DNA of 64,000 nt, from NCBI GenBank assembly GCA_964016885.1, contig OZ024740.1, positions 231,570,001-231,634,000 on the forward strand. The letters are read 5' to 3'. Each line of letters opens with the position of its first letter. Positions within the stretch are counted from its first letter, which is position 1. The translations under genes and the position numbers were made by a program. The notes under the pieces are model-generated. The model was not told the origin of the DNA. It saw only the letters and a list, made by a program, of their open reading frames with translations, and did no database searches. Source of the stretch: Eledone cirrhosa (Eukaryota). This document shows, in pieces, positions 1-11,989 of this stretch.

Positions 1-1438
1 AGATAGGAGTAACTATAGAGGCATTAAATTAATCGACCAGGTCATGAAGGTCACGGAAAAAGTAATAGCACAACTAATCAGAGAGAGAATTGACCTAGAT
101 GAAATGCAGTTCGGGTTTGTGTCAGGTAAAAGCACCACAGACGCTCTTTTCATTGTACGACAACTACAGGAGAAGTACCTAGCTAAAGGTAAACCCCTCT
201 ACTTAGCTTTTGTCGACTTGGAGAAAGCCTTCGACAGAGTCCCCCGCGCCATTATCTGGTGGGCTCTTAGAAAACTAGGCGTTGACGAATGGCTTGTGAG
301 AGCTATACAAGCCATGTATAAAGAAACAGTCAGCAAGGTTAGAATTAACAACGAATATAGTGAAGAGTTTAGCGTAAAAGTTGGCGTCCATCAGGGCTCT
401 GTTCTCAACCCCCTACTATTTATTATTGCCCTTCAGGCTATAACAGAGGAGTTCAAGACCGGCTGCCCATGGGAACTCCTATACGCAGACGACCTGACAC
501 TCATAGCGGAATCAATGGCCGAGCTAGAGAAGAAATTCCAAACATGGAAGCACGGCCTAGAATCAAAAGGACTTAAAATTAACCTGGCTAAGACTAAAGT
601 TCTAGTGTGTAGGAAAGAAAATAAGGCGGCGGTCCCTTCTGGGAAATGGTCGTGCTCGGGGTGTAGGAAAGGCGTAGGTAGAAAATCCATTTTATGTCCT
701 AAATGCAAAGTATGGGTGCATAAAAGATGTAGTGGGATCACAGGTAAGCTAACTAAGAACATAGATTTTACATGTGGCCGGTGTTCTGGTGCAATAAGTA
801 GCAGCAAGTGCCCACAAAATACTAGCTCTTTCAATTGCGCAGAGGGTTCTATAGAAATAGTGGACAGTTTCCGTTACCTGGGTGATAAAATCAGCAGTGG
901 GGGAGGGTGCTCTGAAAGTACAGTAGCTAGAGTCAGAACTGGTTGGAAAAAGTTCAGAGAGCTTATACCACTATTAGCTGCTAAAGGGTTCTCCCTAAAA
1001 ATGAAAGGCAGGTTGTACGATGCCTGCATACGAACAGCAATGTTGCATGGCAGTGAGACCTGGGCATTGTGTGCAGAGGATATACGCAGACTAGAGAGGA
1101 ACGAAGCTTGCATGCTCCGCTGGATGTGTAACAGTAATATACGTGAACGGCAAAGCATAAACGAACTAAGGACAAAATTAGAAATAAGAGGGATCAGATG
1201 TTGTTTACTCGAGAGAAGGCTACGCTGGTATGGACACGTGATGCGCATGAAAGTCGATAGCTGTATAACAAAGTGCAGGGCAATAAAGATAGACGGTAGC
1301 CACGGAATAGGCAGACCTAGAAAAACCTGGGACGAGCTGATAAATTCCGACCTCACACACTTACACCTCTCCAAGACAATGTCACTGGACCGAGACCTTT
1401 GGCGGTACTCAGTAACAGAGAAGACCCGCCTTACCTAA
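1..1438 (+). mobile_element. RTE-clade non-LTR retrotransposon ORF2, 3' part (reverse transcriptase with an inserted PHD-like Cys/His finger); runs off the window start
   Basis: ORF 44..1438 has RT motifs QFGF, AFVDLEKAFD, GVHQGSVL.P.LF and LLYADDL, then C-x2-C...C-x2-C-x4-H-x2-C...C-x2-C, and the RTE-type C-terminus RRLRWYGHV.R...GRPRKTW. Confidence 0.92.
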
Positions 1439-1940
<502 letters not shown>

Positions 1941-2116
1941 ACCAAAGATTAGTTCTTTACACCCCTTCTTATATCTCTAATTTGCTCTACGTTCTTTTCT
2001 TCTTTAAGTTTATCATATTATTTGTGGTATAAAAAAACGTCGAGATTTGATGAAATAAATCACTGCCAATACTGGAATTGAATAATCAAGACTGTAGCGG
2101 TATGTTATATATCAAA

Positions 2117-2200
2117 TCATATATATTGTCTGATGAGGACGTACTGAAAAAACAACACAGTACCTTTGAAATATATATAATAAAGTATATATTTTGATTA
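2117..2200 (+). ncRNA. Degenerate type I hammerhead-like motif in a ~300-bp element (1936-2236) between (TA)n tracts
   Basis: CTGATGA at 2130-2136, helix II GTACTG/CAGTAC, GAAA at 2168-2171, helix III ATATATAT/GTATATAT; helix I pairs poorly. Confidence 0.45.
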
Positions 2201-2235
2201 TGAGAATATTTTTCATTTGTTAACATTTTGAATAA

Positions 2236-2347
<112 letters not shown>

Positions 2348-2440
2348 GTATAGGATTATCCAAGATGTAGTAATAGTTAATTACTACACTGGATATGGTT
2401 GACGTTCGGTAAGAGGTTACTCTACCTGTTATTATTCATT

Positions 2441-2548
<108 letters not shown>

Positions 2549-2694
2549 AACCCTTGCTAGAGGGAAAGCAGATGTTAAAATGATGATGATGATGATTAAA
2601 TATATAGAACTGCTTTTTCTCAAAGAAATTGTTTTTTTTGTTTCTGCCCTTGCTCACTCTCCTCTCTCTTTCTATTTCTTCTTTAATTTCTCAT

Positions 2695-2737
2695 TCTATT
2701 TTCTGATGAAGGACTAGCGTCCAAAATGTTAAGAATT
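2695..2737 (+). ncRNA. Hammerhead relic (GAAA mutated to AAAA)
   Basis: CTGATGA-A-GGAC-tagc-GTCC-AAAA; same layout as the motif at 63434. Confidence 0.4.
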
Positions 2738-3021
2738 TGTTCCTACTATATCAAACATCAAACTAATAATATATTTCTTCAATGTACTGTCATTTGCTTT
2801 GGTATTTCTGTTTACTTTTTGCATACATACATACATGCATACATGATGGCTACCCCCTCGCTATTGAGTATGGCCATTGCATGAAAAAAACAACAACATT
2901 ATAACGACAATAATAATAACAATGATACCAATAATAATAATTTAAAAAAAATATACACACACATACATATCTATACATACACACACACAGACACACAATA
3001 ACAATTAACAGTGCTGTGATC

Positions 3022-4605
3022 GCATGTGGCCTTTCAGCCCAGCCAATTATCTAAAATGTCTTGTACAGAGTTGGCAACCAAAACATTCACTGGGAATAGC
3101 CGGTTCTGGCTGGAATTCATGTACTTTTGCATGTCGCTTGAGCCCTCCTGCTGATTTACACTCTCTACCATATGCTTGGCAGGCATGATGAATAGCATCT
3201 CCAACAGCAGCCTGGTAGTCAACCACTGGTCTCACTTTATGACTGCGAAGATGACTTTCGAGACCAGCTTTGCTGAGGCAGAGTCTCGCACAGACGCTGC
3301 ATGTCAGCACCATAGGAGGACCTTTGCTGTCTGGAAATGCAACATCAATGCCCTTCCTCACATCCCTTTTTACTTTCTCATATGCAATTCGAGATGCCTC
3401 AAAGGCAACATTCCCCTCATTTACAGTCTTTCTCCATTTATTACGATCAGCAGCTACGTTTTCCCATGTATCAGCACAGGTGTTAGCGTCTTTCAAAGAG
3501 GCTTTCAACGAATCCTTATACTTCTTTTTTGGTTTATGTGGAGGTCATTTACCTTTAACCAACTCTCCATAAAAGAGTTGTTTCGGTATTCTAGAATCCT
3601 TCACTCTGGCAAGGTGACCACTCCATCGGAGTCTTTGCTTAAGCACAAGAGCTTTTCAAAATCTCGACATCACTGACGTGGTCCCTCCAGTGAACGCCAT
3701 GGATGCGTCTGAGATACATCTGATGGAAATGCTCCAATTGTTTAAGGTGGTGTTGATATGTGACCCAGGTCTTGCAGGCATAAAGAAGAGAGCACACATG
3801 CCTTGTACACCTTTACCTTTGTCTTCTTGCATATGTCTCGCTAACCCCAGAGGCGCCTTTCTAGCTTTCCGAAAGCATCATGTGCTTTCCTAATCCTGAG
3901 TGGAATTTCATTATAAAGATTGCTGTATCGATTGACAGTGCTTCCCAGGTAGACAAACTAATCAACCACTCCAAGTCGTTTACCATACACATAGATATTT
4001 GGCTCACTGTACTGCTTATCAGGGGCACGTTGGTACATGACGACAGTTTTCTTGAGACAGTCAGTCAATCCTAGAGCAGTGCAAGCATCAGAAAATGCAT
4101 TCAAAATGTGCTGCATATCACTCTCTGTGTGTGCTACAAGATCGCAATCATCTGCATACAAGAGGTCTCTTATGATTGATGTAAGTACTTTTGTTTTTGC
4201 AGAAAAGTGCCTGCTGTTAAATATGCTGCCAGAAGTTCGATATTGGATGTAAACACGATGCTCGCAATTCCTGAATGCAATATAGAAAACCATTGCAAAG
4301 TATGTTTCACTCCATTTTTTACTGAGATAGGCTCCGACATGTTACCTCTGACATTAACCCAAGCCTTTATGTTGTCATGGAAAGACCTAACCAAAGCAAG
4401 GAACTTATCAGAGCAACCAAGTTTCTGGAGAACCTTCCATAATGCATTTCTGTTAACAATATCGAAAGCTTTTGTCAGATCGACAAAAACCTGATACAGA
4501 TCCAAACCTTGTTCCATGCACTTCTCCTGGAGCTGTCTAGCTGAGATGATCATATCAGTAGTGCCACGTCCAGCACGAAAACCAGATTGACTTTCAGGAA
4601 GAACA
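3022..4605 (-). mobile_element. Decayed, 5'-truncated RTE/BovB-like LINE (RT plus C-terminal C2H2 zinc fingers)
   Basis: Frameshifted ORFs: 4170..4673 (VLPESQSGFRAGRGTTDMI, FVDLTKAFD), 3958..4293 (DLLYADDC) and 3047..3508 (CSVCARLCLSKAGLESHLRSH; CQAYGRECKSAGGLKRHAKVH). Confidence 0.88.
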
Positions 4606-4619
4606 TAATCATACATACA

Positions 4620-5390
4620 TACAACACCTGCTATATTGGCTCGCAGTTTGAAGGATATGCTTTTGCAATCCAAGAACAGGAAATCATTAAAAAATACCTA
4701 ATTCACAAAATAAATAGGGATGCAGGCAAAACACCTAGATATAACAACAAATACAAACTCTGCAGAATTAACATTGAAGATGTCACCTATGTCATAAGCA
4801 ACTGTCCAAAGATGTCATCATGGTACTATCTACTTATGAGGCATGATGTAGTGGCCAAAACACTATACAATGCAATCTATAGAAAAAATATAACAACAAA
4901 CATATTCAAAATTACAGCAATGGGAAAGACATATACATACATAATATGAAACAGTGCTGGTTGAATGTTCCAGTCAAAAACCCAATAAAATGCAAGCATA
5001 ACAGACCAGATATAGTGATATAGGACAGGGAAACATTACTAACTGCCTCAGTACAAATCTTGAGAAGCTGGGTTCCACAGAATCAGAGAGAACATAACTA
5101 GTTAGGAAACTACAAGTACAATTCATTAATTGAACTGTAAAAATATGTAAAACATTCCGAAAATTCTGCATGTAATAACTACATGTACAGATACAAAACA
5201 TGCAAGTGTACACATAATTCAAAGCATTCCAATCTACACATACAATAACATCAATACCAACACACACGTATGCAAGCAGACATGCCTAATTTACCTAATT
5301 GGTGTCTAAATTCCAATGAAAGTGTCTTGTTAGAAACCAACTTTCTCTCTATTGGTAAAAATTTATGAAATAATGAAACCAGAAGAACAT
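4620..5390 (+). mobile_element. 3' fragment of an R4/Dong-like retrotransposon (CCHC knuckle, REL endonuclease region, 3' UTR); same family as 11990-16240
   Basis: ORF 4587..4949 EGYAFAIQEQEI...LCRINIEDVTYVISNC...RHDVVAK matches ORF 12309..12881; 3' end aaaccagaag runs into (CATA)n. Confidence 0.85.
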
Positions 5391-5494
5391 ACATACATAC
5401 ATACATACATACATACATACATACATACATACATACATACACACATACATACATGCATACATGCATGCATGCATGCATAGATACATACATACAG

Positions 5495-8400
5495 CCTACG
5501 TGATGATGGGCAGATATGGAAGTTTATTAAGGCTAGTGAAACATGGAAAAGAGATACCAGCTGGTCTGAAAACACCGTACCCACAACAACTGACATAAAA
5601 AAACTGAAAAAACTCTGGGAAACTAAATCAGAACAACCTGCCATCCTAGCACATAATCATAGACTGGAATCAAGGTACAAATTGTTGTCCTTGAATGCAT
5701 GTAGTCTATGCAATAAGATACATCTTTTTGACTCCTACATCATGAGTATCGACCCTGACTTCATTAGTCATGGAAACATGGGCACATTCCTTACTCTGTG
5801 ATGGGATTTTCAGCATGACTGGCTACAATATGTTTCGTAAAGACCGCATTAATCGTCGTGGTGGTGGTGTAATGGTCAACGTTCAGTCAAATTCTTTGGC
5901 AATTCCTTGTGTTGATTTGAACCAATTGCAGCAAGATGTATTTTTCTGCGATATACATATGACCATATCAACACTGCTACTTGGAATCGTTTACTGTCCC
6001 CCAAATTACCATCAGGACACTCAACTTTGTGATATCCTTAGAGTTGCTGCCAGGAAAACAGCCACTTATGTTTTTATTGCAGGAGACTTTAATCACCCTG
6101 AGATTGACTGGGAAACCTTTCGTTGGCCACTAAGTGCAAATGATTTCCTTGAGCTAGTGCTGGACTCGAACTGGTCCCAAGTAGTCACCTCCCCAACAAG
6201 AGGTGGCAACACTTTGGATCTACTCTTCACCACTATTCCTGAAACGGTTATTAGTGTTACTACTTAGGAACCTTTAGCTGACTCTGATCATGCTATGTTC
6301 ATTGCCAATCTATCTCTTATGGGCAGTAACAAAAACTACAACGATTTCCAAATTGCTCGCTTTGACTGGAATAAAGCAGACTGGAACTCTTACTGCACCG
6401 TGCTGCGACGTCCAAACTGGTTTGAGTTCTAAGATTCTGGAGATGTCAACATTCTACTCCAGAACATACTGAACTCAATATGGACAGCATGTGCAGCATC
6501 AGTGCTGAAAAAACATCCCAAAAGTGCAATTTGGGAGACTGCAACAGTCCGTCTTGCCAGAAAAGAATGTTGTAACGCTGAACGTGAGTACAAACTGCAT
6601 AAATCAGATATCAATAGGAAAAAGTGAAATAAATCATCCAACTATCTCAAACAGGTGACAAAAAAAGGCAGTGCTTCAATTTGAGCAGTGCATAGCAGCC
6701 AGCCCTGACAGTAAGGTGTTCTGGAAGTATGTTTACTCAAAGCAGAGGCCTTACTCTCCAGTTGGTCCTCTTCGCAATCCCCACACAAGCCAGGTTACTG
6801 ACGACCCCAAGGAATGCACAGAACTCATTGCTGAATGCTATGCAGGCATCATTTTCACTATTGAAGACCAGAGTTTACCGTCTCCACCACCTCTGACATT
6901 GGATCTATTACAACTATGGAATTTACACCTGCAATGCTGCGATGTCACCTTAAAAATAAATGCAACCATGCCTTTCCAGGTCTTGATGGTGTTACGTACC
7001 TGTTTCTCAAACGTGGTGGGTACTTCCTTCTGCACCAGCTATCACGCTTCTTCCAATTCTGTATGAACAACGGTGCTACTCCAGAACAGTGGAAAACTGC
7101 CAGTGTCATTCCTCTGTTCAAAAAGGGTGACCGCACGTTGCCTGTCAACTATTGTCCAGTCAGTCTTACGAGCTGCATTGCCAAACTGATGGAATCCTGT
7201 TCCAGAGAAACACTTTGGAACTTCTGGAATTCTCACAGTCTTATCCATCCGGCCCTCGCAATTTGGATTTATCCCTAACTCCAGCTGCTGTGATCAACTT
7301 ATCGAGTTTCTTGAAGACATCACCCGGATGACTGATGGCGGCTCATGGGTGAATGTTGTTTACCTTGACTTTGCTAAAGCTTTCAATTCTGTCCCACACA
7401 AGACTTATGGCAAAACTCTCTGCAATGGGTGTGAAGGATGATCTTTTTAACTGGTTGAAGTCCTTCATTCTCAGTTGAAGAGAGGTAGTCATGGTTCTAG
7501 GACAACATTCCTCACCGTATGAGATGTCATCTGGTGTACCACAGGGATCTGTTCTTGGCCCCCTTTTGTTTGTGGCATATATTAATGACATAGATGCCAA
7601 CTTAAAGAATGCCACAGTACTGAAATATGCAGATGACATCAAGCTGTACCTTGAAATCAAAACGAGAGATCCTGAACACTATAGATCTTGCTTTCAGTCT
7701 GACCTGGACACAATGCAACAATGGATCATGGACTGGCAACTCAAGCTGGTTGTGGATAAGTGTACCACCATGCATTTTGGGAATAAAAACCCAGCGTCCA
7801 CATACTCCCTCCACAATACTAATATCAAGAAGTCTTCTTGTGAACGTTACCTGGGCATTACGGTCAGCAGCGATTTGCGTTGGACGAAGCACGTCTCTAA
7901 AATTGTCAAGAAGGCCGAGGGTGTCTTAGCATCACTCACTAAGATCTTTGTCAGCCGCTCTCCAGGTATCTATTTAAAGCTCTATATAGCTATGGTGCAG
8001 CCACACTTAGAATTTGCATCACCAGTCTGGAACCCCTATCTTGCTCAGATCATTGACCGCTTGGAAACTGTTCAGCGACGTGCAACCAAGCTAAAACTCT
8101 CCATCAGGCATCTACCATACTCTGAACACCTTGCTCCCCTGGGCATGGATACATTGAAGCTCTGACGTCTGGCAACTGACTTGATAAAGACCCACAAAAT
8201 TATTAACCATCTTGCCAACAACAACCCTGAGTACATTTTTTATTTCCACGTGTCTAACACACGTGGGCATGCCCACAAAGTCAGAAAACAGCACAGCTCC
8301 CATGACTTTCGGAAACATTTTTTTCACGCTCAGAGTTGCTGAAGCATGGAACAAACTACCTGCATCAGTTATTAGCTGTCGAAACACTGCACCCTTTAAA

Positions 8401-8600
8401 ACCTCCATGCTTCCTGAGATTCGCCAACACTACAGCTAATATTCCCCCTCCATACACATACACACATGTATATCATGACTCATACACTATTCACTTCCCT
8501 GACATTTGTATATTATTCTCTGTACTATACATGCACCATTGATGAGTTGTAGTGCACCTCAGCACTCTACACAATAATTTTATTATATTATTATTATTAT
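5495..8600 (+). mobile_element. Decayed CR1/L2-group LINE (AP endonuclease + RT) with (ATT)n tail
   Basis: 5770..6267 has APE motifs (ETW, RKDR..RGGGV, GDFNHP.IDW, PTRGGNTLDL); 6916..7278 has IPLFKKGD; 7491..8165 has SGVPQGSVLGPLLF, KYADD, LEFASPVWNP. Multiple stops and frameshifts. Confidence 0.9.
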
Positions 8601-8729
8601 TATACATACATATATATATATTTATATTTATATGCATATATATATATATTGTTATACTTTGGGAGGGTCATGCTGCAAATAAAACAAATTCAAAAACGAA
8701 GTATATATATATACTTTGTTTTTGAATTT

Positions 8730-8790
<61 letters not shown>

Positions 8791-8793
8791 TAC

Positions 8794-8891
<98 letters not shown>

Positions 8892-9199
8892 GGTGGCTGC
8901 CAACTCGTTTTCGAGTTACGGCCACTACTTTATATCCATGTAGGAGAACTCCTACCGATGCGCTGAACAAGTGTGACTTTTTAGTCCAGCCAGCGACTTG
9001 AAAACTCTGGTACAAACAGTACACTTGTGACAATTATTGACACATAGTGCTGGGCCCATGGTACCATGTGACGACAAGTGCAGAGAGATCTCCAGATATA
9101 AAGCAATGCCTGTGTCGTGAAGCTTTTATAGTGAGCAAAGGCACTGCACAATATATATACATATATATATATAAACATATATATATATATATACACACA

Positions 9200-9585
9200 T
9201 ATATATATACTTCGTTTTTGAATTTGTTTTATTGGAATTTTGTATTTTTAAACATATCTGTATACAGCTATGCTTGAAGCTAAATTATAATTCTATTCTG
9301 TTATAAGTTGAACCAACTTTCATATGCAAATGAGTTTAATCACCTCATTTACACAGATCAGAAAACTATATATTCTCACCTGTTTTCAATCCAGCAGTGC
9401 AAGAGCGGAAGGGATCGTCCTGATGAGAACCAGTTCAGTTCGAAATGCATCGACGATTGTCCCCCTTTCTTCTGCTGGACACCGCCAGGTGGCGATGGCT
9501 GCTGGTGATTGCATAGCTACAGCTTTTTTGAATGTTTATTTATAAACATACCATATTTCTTTAGAAATACAAAAATCCAATACAT
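9200..9585 (+). mobile_element. ~380-bp non-coding element carrying a hammerhead ribozyme; homolog at 42050-42410 (minus)
   Basis: Bounded by (TA)n; shares aatcacctcatttacacaga...gaaaactat and ttgtccccc...ctggac with the reverse complement of 42050-42410. Confidence 0.7.
9414..9457 (+). ncRNA. Minimal type I hammerhead ribozyme (predicted cleavage after AUC, C9451)
   Basis: Helix I ATCGTC/GACGAT; core CTGATGA 9420-9426; helix II GAAC-cagttca-GTTC; GAAA 9442-9445; palindromic helix III ATGCAT. Confidence 0.88.
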
Positions 9586-9837
9586 ATATATATATTCACC
9601 ATAAACTCAAATTGACTTGGGAATGAAACATAGTAGGCAGAAACTGTATGGAAGTCTTACATTGGGAGGACAGTCCTTGTAATATAGGTACAGCCTTGTT
9701 ACACTATATCATGCTGATTCTACTAAAGAATTTTGTCAAAGGTACATGTGTCTGTGGAATATTCAGATACTTTGGATGCCAATTTAATGAGTAGGTTACT
9801 TAGTTGCTCAAGCAATATCAAACTGAAAATTTAATTT

Positions 9838-10522
9838 AGGGGAGATAATTTCCAGCCGGCCAAGGGGAGATAATATCCAGACGGCCAAGGGGAGATAATT
9901 TCCAGCCGGCCAAGGGGAGATAATTTCCAGCCAGCCAAGGGGAGATAATTTCCAGCCGGTCAAGGGGAGATAATTTCCAGTCGGCCAAGGGGAGATAATT
10001 TCCAGCCGGCCAAGGGGAGATAATTTGCAGCCGGCCAAGGGGAGATAATTCCCAGCCGGCCAAGGGGAGATAATATCCAGCCGGCCAAGGGGAGATAATA
10101 TCCAGCCGGCCAAGGGGAGATAATATCCAGCCGGCCAAGGGGAGATAATATCCAGCCGGCCAAGGGGAGATAATATCCAGCCGGCCAAGGGGAGATAATA
10201 TCCAGCCGGCCAAGGGGAGATAATTTCCAGTCGGCCAAGGGGAGATAATTTCCAGCCGGCCAAGGGGAGATAATTTCCAGCCGGCCAAGGGGAGATGATT
10301 TCCAGCCGGCCAAGGGGAGATAATTTCCAGCAGGCCAAGGGGAGATAATTTTCAGCCAGCCAAGGGGAGATAATTTCCAGCCGGCCAAGGGGAGATAATA
10401 TACAGCCGACCAAGAGGAGATAATATCGAGCCGGCCAAGGGGAGATAATTTTCAGCCGGCCAAGGGGAGATAATTTCCAGCCGGCCAAGGGGAGATAATT
10501 TCCAGCCGGCCAAGGGGAGATA
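9838..10522. repeat. 25-bp minisatellite, ~27 copies
   Basis: Unit aggggagataat(t/a)tccagccggcca repeated with few substitutions. Confidence 0.95.
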
Positions 10523-10814
10523 TTGCAGATGTGCAACGAAAGAACTTTGATAAACTATATATATGTGTTTGTGTCTATATTGTATCTGTATTATTTTTTA
10601 CCGTTGGTCAGTCAATGACAACATTGAGGACCGAATAAATTAGATTACCGATATAAAAGACACAGAAGCGAAAAGCGAAAACCAACCAAACAGTGAGTGT
10701 GTTCTGTTATTAATTCTGGCAATATTACACAAATATGACCCTCCCCAAGTATAACACTATTTGTTTCGACACACGATTTCATATAAAAAACCTCGCAAAA
10801 CTTATTCATCGCCG

Positions 10815-10863
<49 letters not shown>

Positions 10864-11187
10864 TACATGTCTCGCTCGCTTCACCCTATTTTACGTGTCC
10901 CAATAACTTTATTTAGTTATTGCGCGCACCAACCAGAGGTATATGATTTTTAAAGCGATGAAATACCAATGAAGGTTGGAAGATCACTGATGAAGGACTA
11001 ATTTTATTCATATGTAACCCATGTGCAACCACGCAGCACTCCATTTTTCTTATATTTATATATATATATATATACATGCACGCACGCATAAATACGTAAA
11101 TACATACATACATACACATACATAATATATACATACAAACATACGCACATACATACATAAATACATACATATATATACATACATATA

Positions 11188-11435
11188 TACCCATCATTAT
11201 TGGAGCTACGAGGTATATACGAACCCGCTTGGACCAAAGTATGACTGAACTTGGATTTGCGGACAAAAAGCGCAGCTCCCTAATTCATAGTCTACAAATG
11301 GCTGCGATAGCTGGCACCTTCAAAATTTGCAAAATATTCTTGCGATTCAAGGGATGACAATTTCTTTTCTTTTACAACCTTGCCACCAGGAAAGTGGCCG
11401 GTCAAAAAAAAATATACTCGAAATTAAGAGAAACA
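11188..11435 (+). mobile_element. Short 3' end of a second R4/Dong-like family
   Basis: Encodes a PIIIGA.G.I...CK.FL-like C-terminus; close copy at 33040-33300 (minus); flanked by CATA/TA repeats. Confidence 0.65.
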
Positions 11436-11989
11436 TATATATACACGCATGCATAAATACGTAAATACATACATACATACACATACACCTACTTACATAC
11501 ATATATACATACAAACTAGGGCGGGTAAAATTCTCGAGATCCATGGACGAGTTCTCTCATGCAGTCTCTGTCCCTCATCATCGCTGCTATGTCCTGCGTC
11601 TCCAAGAGACCAGTGTCTGTTCTTAGGGCATCAACATATGTCAACATACATATATACACACATACATATATACACGCCTGCATAAATACGTAAATACATA
11701 CTTACATACATACATACACACATGCATACATACACAAATACATATATACATACATACAAACATGCATACAAACATGCATACATACATATATACATACATC
11801 CATAAATACATACATACATGTATACATGCATACATGCACATACATAAATACATACATTCAGTATACATACACACACATAAATACATACAGAAGTACATTC
11901 ATGTATACATACATGCATACATACATACATAGATACATACATACATATACATGTGTACATACATACAAACATTTCTTCCTGCATACGTA

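Noticed and set aside
8649-9277. [12 protein letters not shown]-rich ORFs here and throughout the window
   Set aside because: Translations of microsatellites.
9838-10522. Minisatellite as a CRISPR array, or ORFs 9808..10536 as a repeat protein
   Set aside because: No unique spacers, no cas genes, eukaryotic context; the ORFs arise from a stop-free 25-bp repeat.
10987-11030. CTGATGA at ~10988 (also ~33847) as hammerheads
   Set aside because: No GAAA after a closable helix II, and no helix I.
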